Shown: piece after piece, positions 31,101 to 41,381 of the stretch | Layout: each line of letters starts with the position of its first letter | How positions within the stretch are numbered: position 1 is the stretch's first letter | Source: a bacterium | GTDB lineage: Bacteria; SAR324; NAC60-12 | DNA: 64,000 nt | NCBI GenBank assembly: GCA_965233585.1 | Contig: CBDDTI010000729.1 | Coordinates: forward strand, 64,001-128,000 | Direction of reading: 5' to 3' | The notes under the pieces: generated by a model | Seen by the model: only the letters and a program-made list of their open reading frames with translations | What the model was told of the DNA's origin: nothing | Database searches by the model: none | Program-made: the position numbers and the translations under genes

Positions 31101-32911
31101 ATGTCTTGAATCCGAAACGTCATCACGTAGCCAATGGTTTGGTCTGATGTGCCAATCCTTGCATTGAGTTGGTCTAAAACATAAATTCCCATATTTTGAA
31201 TGATAGGCATGACCTGTGTCAGATTGATTTTGCCTTTGCAATAGATATAAAGCAAAGTCGTCTGTTCAGAAAGGGCAGAACCTGTGAAAACAAAAGGTTT
31301 CATGTTGAATAAGAATTCTTCACCACTTGTGAGTTGTTCAAGGTAAAAAATATCTTCTGCGGCATCTTCGGGGCTGGTTCTGCTTCTGTAATGACTTGGG
31401 AGCCAAGGCAGATACTTTGTGGCTCGTTCGTAAAGTCCTGTTGAAAACTTTTGATGAATGAAATCAATCGTCAAAGATTCCCACGACTTCAAGGCATCGT
31501 TCAAATCTTTGAGGATTTTATCTAGGTCTGGTCTCCATTTACCGTTGAGGTCAAAATAGATATGAAGCCATTGAGTTTGAACACTGCGAATGGTGAGGAG
31601 TTCATAATCCTGATGAGGAATTTGTGATTTAAGATAGTTGAGAGTTTTTTCAACATTGACTCGGTTGAAGATGTCAGTAGGCAAAACAATCAAAAGACAA
31701 ACCGATTGCCTTTCAGGAAAAGGATAAAAGAAGGCACGGATTTCATTGGGATTGTAGATTAAAAGTAGGTCTTCAATCATACGTGCAAGCGTTTGTTGTG
31801 GAAGCCAAAACAGCTCAAACTTGGGAATCACACTGCTTAAACGAATGGTCTGGTTGTAGCTGTAGCTTGAAGGAATCATACGAAATTGCTCAAAAATCTT
31901 TTGCAGTTTCAGATGAATGATTGGAGTCTCTAAATTGCTAGCATGTAAAGAACTTCTGCGAATCAAGCCAACAAAGACAAAGTGTTGATGAGAACGACTT
32001 GAAGATTGAAAACGCAAGCAGATTAATTTTTCTGCACTTTGAACAGGGCTGATGGCAGAGAGGTTTTCAAAAGCAAAGGGTTCTTGATCCCTGCCCTTCC
32101 ATAAATCTGCCACAAGTTTTTGGTCAAGGTGGGTCTTGTCTTTTTGCAAATGATCACTGGCAAGCAATCCAAGTCCTGATTCTTTGTCTAGCGATGGCTT
32201 TTGATTAGGTTCAAATTGGACTTCAACATATCCCAAAAAGTGAAAGTGTTGACGTTCAAGCCAGCCAATTAAGTCAATCCATTCTTGCTTAGGATGTTCT
32301 GATTGAACATCTCCAGACTCAATTTCTGCTTTGACCATAGCAGTTTTGGATTGAATTTGTTTTAAATCTCTTGCCACACACTCCACAGCGTTTAAGTGCT
32401 GTTGAATGGTGAGTTTGAGGTTGTCCAAATCAATGCCATCTATTCGGTCTAATTCCAAATAAATGCAACAATAGCTTTCTTGTCCTTCTGATTGAGGTAG
32501 AACATTGACCAAGACTTGATTTTTAATCACTACTCCTAAAATAGGATTGAGCCGAAAGACAATGCTGATTCCCAGATTTCGCAACATCATTTCCAGAGTC
32601 ATTAGCAAATGCAACATATCTGGGTAGATGAGTTCCAGTGCAATCTTTTCTGAAAGAACAGGCTTAAAAAAGCGAAAGTCTCCTTTTTGTTTGACAGATT
32701 CTTCAAAAAAACTATGACGTTCACGCATGAACTTCATCAGTTCCACATCACTATAATTTTCTAAAGCTCTCTCTGGGACGCTTTTCATGTAAGCATGAGA
32801 AAAGGCACAAAAAAGTGTGTCTTCGCAAGACTCCAAAAATTTTGAAAACTTTTCTTCTGCACTTTCTACACCCTGAATGTTGGGATTGTTCTGAATCATA
32901 AGGCACTCCAA
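28151..32911 (-). CDS. Large NAD-specific glutamate dehydrogenase
   Basis: GVHLRFGAVARGGLRWSDR, VVAADKGTATFSD, GDMSGDVFGNG, GEGANLG. Confidence 0.95.
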   Translation of the reverse strand: MECLMIQNNPNIQGVESAEEKFSKFLESCEDTLFCAFSHAYMKSVPERALENYSDVELMKFMRERHSFFEESVKQKGDFRFFKPVLSEKIALELIYPDMLHLLMTLEMMLRNLGISIVFRLNPILGVVIKNQVLVNVLPQSEGQESYCCIYLELDRIDGIDLDNLKLTIQQHLNAVECVARDLKQIQSKTAMVKAEIESGDVQSEHPKQEWIDLIGWLERQHFHFLGYVEVQFEPNQKPSLDKESGLGLLASDHLQKDKTHLDQKLVADLWKGRDQEPFAFENLSAISPVQSAEKLICLRFQSSSRSHQHFVFVGLIRRSSLHASNLETPIIHLKLQKIFEQFRMIPSSYSYNQTIRLSSVIPKFELFWLPQQTLARMIEDLLLIYNPNEIRAFFYPFPERQSVCLLIVLPTDIFNRVNVEKTLNYLKSQIPHQDYELLTIRSVQTQWLHIYFDLNGKWRPDLDKILKDLNDALKSWESLTIDFIHQKFSTGLYERATKYLPWLPSHYRSRTSPEDAAEDIFYLEQLTSGEEFLFNMKPFVFTGSALSEQTTLLYIYCKGKINLTQVMPIIQNMGIYVLDQLNARIGTSDQTIGYVMTFRIQDMQRQTLDVNRYKVLFTDLLKAALLGRVENDPLNALCLLAEMSWEAIRVVVMYRNLYFQLKQPYSIDQINTALLAYPQHTLKIFQYFETKFSCETSFGTKDYRQSSLLPELEKEFIDSLRNVKEVVTDAIFRRLFELISATLRTNFYIPKTDANETFLSVKLCLRSLENIPSPVPYREIYVYDSTVEGVHLRFGAVARGGLRWSDRHNDFRSEVLNLVQTQQTKNVVIIPNGSKGGFIVKKKVSAAELPQEGQRQYQRFIRSLLDITDNLDFNRLPKHPNHVICYDDYDPYLVVAADKGTATFSDFGNAEAEHYEFWLGDAFASGGSVGYDHKKEGITARGAWECVKLHFAEMGRDIQNEPSTVIGVGDMSGDVFGNGMLLSQQILLVAAFNHKHIFLDPTPNAQESWQERQRLFHKPRSGWNDYQTQLISQGGGIFERNAKEVTLSPEVQKMLGVQVKTMTGEELICAILKMPADLLWFGGVGTYIKSDDQTHADVGDHANNLTRIDVSQCQVKVIGEGANLGMTQPARIQFAKQGGRGNTDAIDNSAGVNMSDYEVNIKVLLQQLLQQGKLESLEDRNATLREATDEVSNLVLANNRAQHRLLSMDEHRTKTEFRNFKNLTRYLVAKQNLDAESEKIPTRGELERMEERQESIPRPVLAILQAYVKMNICNELEHSKILDHDFLKTFYQNYFPQTLLNKFADSLPFHPLRREITCAIVVNQIVNQAGMTFFYYVQSVTQASAEQIASIYLFLDASFDMTQYRYTILQSETFVLDKYRALIHSENFLRQATISFLQHQQQFQFQEVSNYLKFWKQAKTELLKNIEDSIIKGWQDLGFDEQTAQTIAIFESITTLPDALYLHFEQEISFDLALQASYLIDHTFKLQWIETQLTSMKLRSDWEIAQQEILLQNLHLRKSDLTQYFIKEWKPKGLDNVDAEVVRAKALEDFGTPLHAYFSAIEQIQSNAIGNLTAFSVCINQLNLL

Positions 32912-33118
32912 TAGGATAGATAAAAAACCACCCTGCTAGGTTACACGATTTTCTGAAAAATCAAAGGTTTTTCTCAAAAAAAGTAAAAAAACTACCCTGA
33001 GCGAAGAGGTGAGCTGATTAAGAGTTGGAGAACTGTTGGAGAGATTCGTTGGAAGGTTAGGGAACTAAAGACGTGTGAGGCACATTTTTAGAACCCTAAT
33101 TTTTTGAGATGGTAGGAG

Positions 33119-33364
33119 TTATTGACGAGGTCGTGCTTTATTGACTTTCAGATTCCTTCCTTTGACGTTGCGTTCGTTCAGATTATCAATCGCCGTTTGA
33201 GCCTCTGACTCTTGCGGCATTTCAACAAACCCAAATCCTTTAGAACGTCCAGAATAGCGGTCTGTAATCAGATGGACTTCTGACACTTCCCCAAACTCTG
33301 CAAAGAGGTCTCTTAATTCGTTTTCACTGACGGTGTATGGCAAGTTGCCTGCGTAGATATTCAT
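33119..33364 (-). CDS. RRM RNA-binding protein
   Basis: MNIYAGNL (RNP2), KGFGFVEM (RNP1); start reset to ATG 33364 behind AAGGA. Confidence 0.93.
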   Translation of the reverse strand: MNIYAGNLPYTVSENELRDLFAEFGEVSEVHLITDRYSGRSKGFGFVEMPQESEAQTAIDNLNERNVKGRNLKVNKARPRQ

Positions 33365-33572
33365 AATATAATCCTTAAAAATGAGAAACACGTTTTTCAA
33401 AAAAACCTTCAACAACAAACGTGCAATATTGCTAAAAGCCAATCTTTAAATTCTAAAAAAAGTGTGTTTTTTTGTCAAACTTTTTTTGACAAAAAATTTT
33501 TAATTTTTTAGATTCAGGTCATTTTTCTAATGAAGACAGCCCATTGTACAATAGTTTGGACAAGTGTTGAAG

Positions 33573-34145
33573 TTAAAAATGAGAGGCAAGTAAAAAAACT
33601 TCTACACTTTCTGAGCGAGAACTTTGAGGTTTGCAGATTTTGACCTGTTTGCAATGTTGTTTTAGTTGGTTAAGAAAGTCTTTGAAGTGTTCACCTTGAA
33701 AAACTTTGACCAGAAAAAAGCCATGATGGTTTAAAGTCAAGCGGGAAATCTCAAAAGCTTGGCATGCAAGGTTGTATGACCTTTGCGCATCAAGGCTTTT
33801 GATTCCTGTTGTTTGGGGTGCTAGGTCGCTTAAAATGACATCAAATTTGTTTTTCTGCTCTGTTTTCCAATCTACTTGCCAAATATCTGCTTGCTTGGCT
33901 TCAACCCATTTGGGCAGTGAAACAGACAAAGGTTTGAGGTCAACCCCAAGAACCCTGCCAGATTCTCCAACCTGCTTTGCCGTATATTGCAACCATGCAC
34001 CCGGCGCACAACCTAAATCTAAAACACACCCACCTTTTTTGAGTATCCGATATTTTTGGTTAATCTCTTCCAATTTATATGCGGCACGTGAGGCATAGCC
34101 TTCTTTTTTGGCTTTCTTAAAATAGTGGTCTTGGATTTTTTTCAT
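33573..34145 (-). CDS. rlmE: 23S rRNA Um2552 methyltransferase
   Basis: SRAAYKL, LDLGCAPGAW, SDLAP, KVFQG, SRSESVE. Confidence 0.93.
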   Translation of the reverse strand: MKKIQDHYFKKAKKEGYASRAAYKLEEINQKYRILKKGGCVLDLGCAPGAWLQYTAKQVGESGRVLGVDLKPLSVSLPKWVEAKQADIWQVDWKTEQKNKFDVILSDLAPQTTGIKSLDAQRSYNLACQAFEISRLTLNHHGFFLVKVFQGEHFKDFLNQLKQHCKQVKICKPQSSRSESVEVFLLASHF

Positions 34146-34184
34146 TGAGAGGTTCTGAGAACGTGATTGGGCAAATGCAGAGTT

Positions 34185-35006
34185 TTACCAATAAGGATGC
34201 CCCCAAATGCTTTCAATAAACAAAGCACTAGCCAGATATGCACCAAATGAAGGATAAGGGTCGTAATAGGCATAGAGAGGATAATCATCTCTCTCATCTT
34301 CCCTATTTTGATAGTTCGCATCCCTATTTTGTTCTTGACGAAGCATGAGCTGTCTCTGTGCTTCTGCCTGTTTTTTATACTCTTCATAGCGCTGTTGATT
34401 GAGTTCTGCACCCTGCAAAATGACATCTTCCAACACATCATGTCCTGACACAGCACCTTCTTCGTCTTCGTATCCTAAATCATCTTCAGTCAGTTGCTCT
34501 TTGACAATGTCTTCCAATTCATCAAACAATGTTCCCATAGAAAGGTCAAAACGCCAATCAGGGTTTTCATAAAACTCTCCATAACTTAACATGGCTAAAA
34601 AGACTAATCGGTAGGGGTCAATTCCCTTAAATTCTGCGATGGCAACACGCAAATCCACCCAACACACATCTTCCAAAAAGTCAGACTGTGGGTCAGCAAA
34701 TTTGCCTAATTCCAAATCAACATGAGCAAAAATGTCAAAATGTGTTTTGTATGAAAGTTGTTGCATCAAAGTCGTTTGGTACAACTCTTGCCCCTTGTAA
34801 GAGGTCGTGTAAATTTGCTCTTCATTGACTTCCACTAAATTTCTGTCTTGCATTAAATTCAGTGTGGGTTCCAGCAATTTATCGTCTTTTTCTAGTAAAG
34901 AGGCATGGATTTTGGATTGTTGAGCAATGAGATGGTCTAGCATTAAAATTGCAGAAAACTGATTTTTGACATCAAGGTCAAGTTGAGATTTACTTGTGTT
35001 TCCCAT
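34185..35006 (-). CDS. Hypothetical acidic protein
   Basis: 273-aa ORF co-oriented with rlmE. Confidence 0.7.
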   Translation of the reverse strand: MGNTSKSQLDLDVKNQFSAILMLDHLIAQQSKIHASLLEKDDKLLEPTLNLMQDRNLVEVNEEQIYTTSYKGQELYQTTLMQQLSYKTHFDIFAHVDLELGKFADPQSDFLEDVCWVDLRVAIAEFKGIDPYRLVFLAMLSYGEFYENPDWRFDLSMGTLFDELEDIVKEQLTEDDLGYEDEEGAVSGHDVLEDVILQGAELNQQRYEEYKKQAEAQRQLMLRQEQNRDANYQNREDERDDYPLYAYYDPYPSFGAYLASALFIESIWGHPYW

Positions 35007-35066
35007 AAACTGTTGCGTGATAAGAGATGGAATTATACAATGTTGTTAAACGAACGATGAGGTCTT

Positions 35067-35354
35067 ATGCCTGAGTATCAAATCCGTATTGCTGGAGAAC
35101 CCTTTTCTGTTTCTTCAGAACACACACAAGACCGTATCAGTGAGATTGAATCTTTGTTAAATACTTATATTGAAAAAATCCCTAGTCAGGTGGTAGGGTA
35201 TCGTGAACGTCTTATTTTGGCAGCTCTCATTATGACGAATGACTTATTAAGTGCCAAAGCAGACGCAGGCTCGTCAGATGAGATGAACCGAATCAAAACC
35301 ATGTGTGACCAACTGGCTGAAGCCTGTGAATCTACCATGTACCTTAAAAAATGA
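35067..35354 (+). CDS. zapA: Cell division protein ZapA
   Basis: IRIAGEPF, LILAAL, short coiled coil; followed by 6S-like RNA. Confidence 0.75.
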   Translation: MPEYQIRIAGEPFSVSSEHTQDRISEIESLLNTYIEKIPSQVVGYRERLILAALIMTNDLLSAKADAGSSDEMNRIKTMCDQLAEACESTMYLKK

Positions 35355-35635
35355 ACGCTCCTGCGCTATTTGCTATGAAAGTTTTGTTGCCTCAGAACTC
35401 TATTTAAGGAGATTGTCCCTCAAGGTGGTGTGTATGCCTTTTCAAATATAGGAATCCTGAAGCCTTGATATTTAGGTCAGGCATGCTGAAGTATGATTTA
35501 TTTTAGCTTGCAATAGAATCCATTTTTAAAACATCTGGATTCAGTTTTAACCTAATTTCTACTTTTGTAGAATTACTAATCTCCACCTGACAACATCAGG
35601 TAGATAAAAATTTCAGGCGGTATCTGTGGCGGCGT

Positions 35636-35637
<2 letters not shown>
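35353..35637 (+). ncRNA. ssrS: 6S RNA, extended
   Basis: Directly after zapA; end pairing GAACGCT/GGCGTTC; GGAGATT/AATCTCC and TCAAGGT/GCCTTGA stems; GGTGTGTATGCC..GGAATCCTGAA 6S-like motifs. Confidence 0.72.
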
Positions 35638-37929
<2,292 letters not shown>

Positions 37930-37936
37930 TCTTTTC

Positions 37937-38023
37937 CATCAGGTAGTGAGTGATGCAAAGGCGCCAGGGGTTAATGATATTAACGCCGATATGAAGAGTT
38001 AACCGACTTCCCGCTACCTGATG
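37937..38023 (+). ncRNA. Putative structured ncRNA, copy 1 (87 nt)
   Basis: 12-bp terminal stem, two internal hairpins, covariation with copy 2. Confidence 0.7.
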
Positions 38024-38046
38024 CCCTTCAATTTTCCGCTTAATCG

Positions 38047-38075
38047 TTGACAAGATTTCTTCAGTGTTCTACACT
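38047..38075 (+). promoter_or_regulatory. Second sigma70 promoter
   Basis: TTGACA-17 nt-TACACT. Confidence 0.68.
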
Positions 38076-38165
38076 GACTCCTAGCTTCTCTGTTGTAGAT
38101 GCAATCAAGATAATCAGGTTTTGGCTTGTGGCTTCAGTGCCGCCTGACTTGGTTATCTTCTTTTT

Positions 38166-38252
38166 CATCAGGTAGTGAGTGATGCAAAGGCGCCAGGGCG
38201 AGATAATTTCAAAGCCGATATTGGGAACTAACCGACCCTCCGCTACCTGATG
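38166..38252 (+). ncRNA. Putative structured ncRNA, copy 2 (87 nt)
   Basis: Same length and stems as copy 1; 3' arm overlaps stop codon of the convergent PBECR-like gene. Confidence 0.7.
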
Positions 38253-38588
38253 CTCTTTAAAACACCTTCTTTTAATTTATCCTCAATATCTTTTAAATCT
38301 ACCTTAAAAGCTGTTTTAACGCTTTGGGAAAAGACCTCTTTCTCTTTAAAATTAGGGTGAATGATCACTTTAATCACTTTGTCATTTTTGAGCTTTCTGA
38401 TGAACAATAGATTGCTATCTTTTTTTTGCAAATAGACTGCATCAGGGTTGGCAAGAATGTCAGGCAGCTGCATCCATTCTTCAGGAGACAAGGCATTTTG
38501 AGACTTGGCATGACGTGCTGCTTTTGTGCCAGAAAACAAAGAAGATTCCAAGACAATAGGCTCATCAAGAACACACCCCGTCCCGTTG
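38243..38588 (-). pseudogene. C-terminal PBECR-like (barnase/EndoU/colicin/RelE fold) domain of a Mu-like MuF head protein, 5'-truncated by IS1
   Basis: K..RH...AL..EEW..LP..L..P.AV...LLF pattern; frame stays open to the IS end at 38588; no ATG/RBS. Confidence 0.65.
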
Positions 38589-39228
38589 GGCAGTGTTCAC
38601 TTGGTGTTGCTATTGGATGTAAGAGTGAATTTGAGGAATGGGGATGAGAAGTTGTCATCATTGTGGGAGTCAGACTTACATCAAGAATGGAAGTTGCAAA
38701 GGAGTGCAGAGATATGTTTGCAAATCATGTGGGAGGTCGTTCAGTTCAAATGGGTTGAGAATCCCACTAGAGACGAAGCGTCAAGCTTTAGAAATGTATG
38801 TCAATAGTGTAGGCATCAGAAAGATAGATCGTTTTGTAAAAAGCCAAAGAGTAGCTGTTTGGACAGCCTATTCTCGTCAAGAACAATGTGTGATTGCCTT
38901 TGTGATAGGCAAAGGATTAGCAGCAGCAAAGCAGCTGTATGCACTAGTCAAAGCACAACGAGCTAGAATTGAAACGATTTATACAGATGCCAACTCATGC
39001 TATCAAGTGGCATTTGCTCAATGACAGATTCCAGAGAACCATGAAATCGGTAAAAAAAGACTCATCTCATTGAATCTTCTAATTCTTCCATCAGAGATAA
39101 CCTAGCTCGTTTTATGAGAAAATCAAAACGACATTCTAAAACTTTGGACATGCTGGAACACTCTCTCAAACTCTTCTTTCACTATAAAAGACTTGAAAAA
39201 TATCATGCCAACAACAAGTGAACACTCC
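38589..39228 (+). mobile_element. Decayed IS1-family element
   Basis: TIRs GGCAGTGTTCACTTGGTGTTG / CAACAACAAGTGAACACTCC; Zn ribbon CHHCGS..QRYVCKSC, YTD, THLIESSNSSIR; internal deletion, TGA at 39022 and frameshift; no TSD. Confidence 0.85.
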
Positions 39229-39230
39229 GT

Positions 39231-39682
39231 GTGAAAATAGGGGCAGGAATCCAGTCATGTAAGAATCTGTGCTTGGTTTAAGATGGATTCCGTGTCAAGC
39301 ACAGAATGACTAACAGATTGCAGACTTGTTTTTTGGTCATTGCTCACCTTGTTCCGCAATCTCTCTTTTGTTTTTTGAGATTCCGTGTCAAGCACGGAAT
39401 GACGGCTTGCTCTTTTTCTCATTCCCCTGTCATTGCTCACCTTGTTCCGCAATCTCTATACAACCGTTATTGCGGGCTTGACCCGCAATCTCTTTCTTTT
39501 TCCCAGCTTCTTCATTTTCCCAAACAATTCTTGTTTTTTGAGATTCCGTGTCAAACACGGAATAACAACTATTGTCATTCGGAGCGAAAGAACGTCCCCC
39601 CTGTGAAAACAGGAGCAGGAATCCAGTCACGTATAGGAATCCATGCTTGGTTTAAGATAGATTCTGCATCAAGTGCGGAATG
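39231..39682. repeat. Cluster of REP/RPE-like palindromes framed by ~80-bp direct repeats
   Basis: GATTCCGTGTCAAGCACGGAATGAC, GTCATTGCTCACCTTGTTCCGCAATCTC, ATTGCGGGCTTGACCCGCAATC; GTGAAAA.AGG.GCAGGAATCCAGTCA at 39231 and 39603. Confidence 0.85.
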
Positions 39683-39792
39683 ATTCAGTGCGGTTTGCAG
39701 GATTGAGTTTGAAAATCAGTCAGAATTTTGACAAAATCAATTCTTTAGAAAACTTTTGATTCAAAAATTTTTTGAAAATTGGGGTTGTCTGA

Positions 39793-41352
39793 ATGATCAT
39801 GATGAAGTCTCTATCTTGTCAAATATGGGTTTTGGTTGCCGCTTTTATTTTCTTTTGCAGTCCTCTTTCTGCCTCTAAAATTGCAGTTCTGACTCCTGAA
39901 ATTACCTACACAACTCGTTCTTTGAGCTGGTTGAGCCTCTTTTTGCAAGAACAAATTGAACTAGCATTGCAGCAGCAAGACCTTGCAGTCATGCCTTCTG
40001 AAGTTTTGAGATATTGGGAGGCTAGAGTGACAAATCCACAACAGCTTTTCCAACTTACTCAAACTTCGTCTATTCTCAAAATTGAGTTTCAGACGGTGCT
40101 TAATCAGATTTCAATCAGTGCCAGCTTGATTCAAAAAAGCCAAAAGGTAACAGATTTGGCAGAACATGAATTTGAATGGAGGAGACCCCGTGATTTTTTG
40201 GGGCAAACGTTTAAAACTCTCAAATTCTCAAGGTTTGACGCCACACAAGCAAGGATTGCTCAACTGGGGAACTGGAAGGAATTGGAGGAGTTTTATCGTT
40301 GGAAGCAAAAAGCACCTGTTGGCAACTGGAATCAAGAAATCTTGCAACTGGAAGCCATGGCAACGACGCCTGCTGCTGCTTTAGAACTGGCATCAGTGCA
40401 ACTTTTGCAGTATTGGCAAACACGAGACCCGCAGATGTTAGAAGCCTTGCAAACACAGATTGCAAAAGGGTTGTCATCTCATCAGTATGCCAGTCATTAT
40501 CATGCTCTTGCCTCACAACTCAACTACATTTTGGGTCGCATGAGTGAGTCAAAAACTGATGCGATTGTGGCACGTTCTAAAAACAAACAAAATTTGATAG
40601 CCAATGCCATGTATGGAGTCAATGTAGGCATCAAACATCACGAGGGCAGACGTTTCATCCGTTCTGCAATAGAGCAATTTCCGCCACTCATACAACCTGA
40701 ATACTTTCAACAACACAAATTGCCACAATATGAAATCCTTTCAAATCTTATCAAAGAAGCATGGGCTGATGTTTTTAATCTACGGGAGTATCTTCAAATC
40801 ACTTATCAAGCGAGGCAGGCTATCAAGCGGCAACAATGGTACGAAGCCTCACAGCTTTTTTATCAAGCACTTCAGCTGATTCCCAATGAAATAGAATCGT
40901 TGATTGGTGTTGCCCAAACCTTGATTGGAGCAGGTCAATATTCTGATGCACTGTCTTATCTTGAAAGGCTGGAGCAACAATTTTTAGACCACCCTACCAT
41001 TTTGATTTACAAAGCATTAGTTTTTGAAAGATTAAATGAAGTGGTCAAAGCCAAACGTCTGTATCAACAAATTCTTGGCACAGACCCCAAAAATTTTCAG
41101 GCATTACTGCGTTTAAGTGCATTACTCACCATCACACAAAACTACCAAGAAGCCGAGACGTTTTTGAAAACTTTGACTGTTTTTTACCCCCAATCACTCA
41201 AAGCATGGAAGGAGTTAGGTCTTGTTTATTGGAGGCAAGGCAACAAAGCAGAAGCTAAGAAGACATGGCAACAAGGCTTACTTTTAAAGCCTGATGACCC
41301 GACTCTCAAAGATTATTTACAAAGATTGCAATCTGAAACCTCAAATCAATAA
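39793..41352 (+). CDS. Exported TPR protein
   Basis: Signal peptide, C-terminal TPR repeats (AWKELGLVY..GN..EA..W..GL.L.P). Confidence 0.85.
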   Translation: MIMMKSLSCQIWVLVAAFIFFCSPLSASKIAVLTPEITYTTRSLSWLSLFLQEQIELALQQQDLAVMPSEVLRYWEARVTNPQQLFQLTQTSSILKIEFQTVLNQISISASLIQKSQKVTDLAEHEFEWRRPRDFLGQTFKTLKFSRFDATQARIAQLGNWKELEEFYRWKQKAPVGNWNQEILQLEAMATTPAAALELASVQLLQYWQTRDPQMLEALQTQIAKGLSSHQYASHYHALASQLNYILGRMSESKTDAIVARSKNKQNLIANAMYGVNVGIKHHEGRRFIRSAIEQFPPLIQPEYFQQHKLPQYEILSNLIKEAWADVFNLREYLQITYQARQAIKRQQWYEASQLFYQALQLIPNEIESLIGVAQTLIGAGQYSDALSYLERLEQQFLDHPTILIYKALVFERLNEVVKAKRLYQQILGTDPKNFQALLRLSALLTITQNYQEAETFLKTLTVFYPQSLKAWKELGLVYWRQGNKAEAKKTWQQGLLLKPDDPTLKDYLQRLQSETSNQ

Positions 41353-41381
41353 ATTCGTCAAAAGTTTGGCAAAGTATAGAA

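Noticed and set aside
35553..35573. TAATTTCTACTTTTGTAGAAT resembles a Cas12a crRNA handle; weaker look-alike TTCTCTGTTGTAGAT at ~38086
   Set aside because: Single imperfect copies, no array or cas genes; the first is explained as a hairpin in the 6S insertion
37937..38252. Repeat pair as CRISPR array, tRNA or hammerhead
   Set aside because: Only two 87-nt units with internal variation; no T-loop or CCA; CTGATGA on the minus strand lacks a matching hammerhead core
39255..39683. ORFs 39255..39452, 39306..39683, 39430..39630 (also 13990..14274)
   Set aside because: Translations of palindromic repeats with no coding signature
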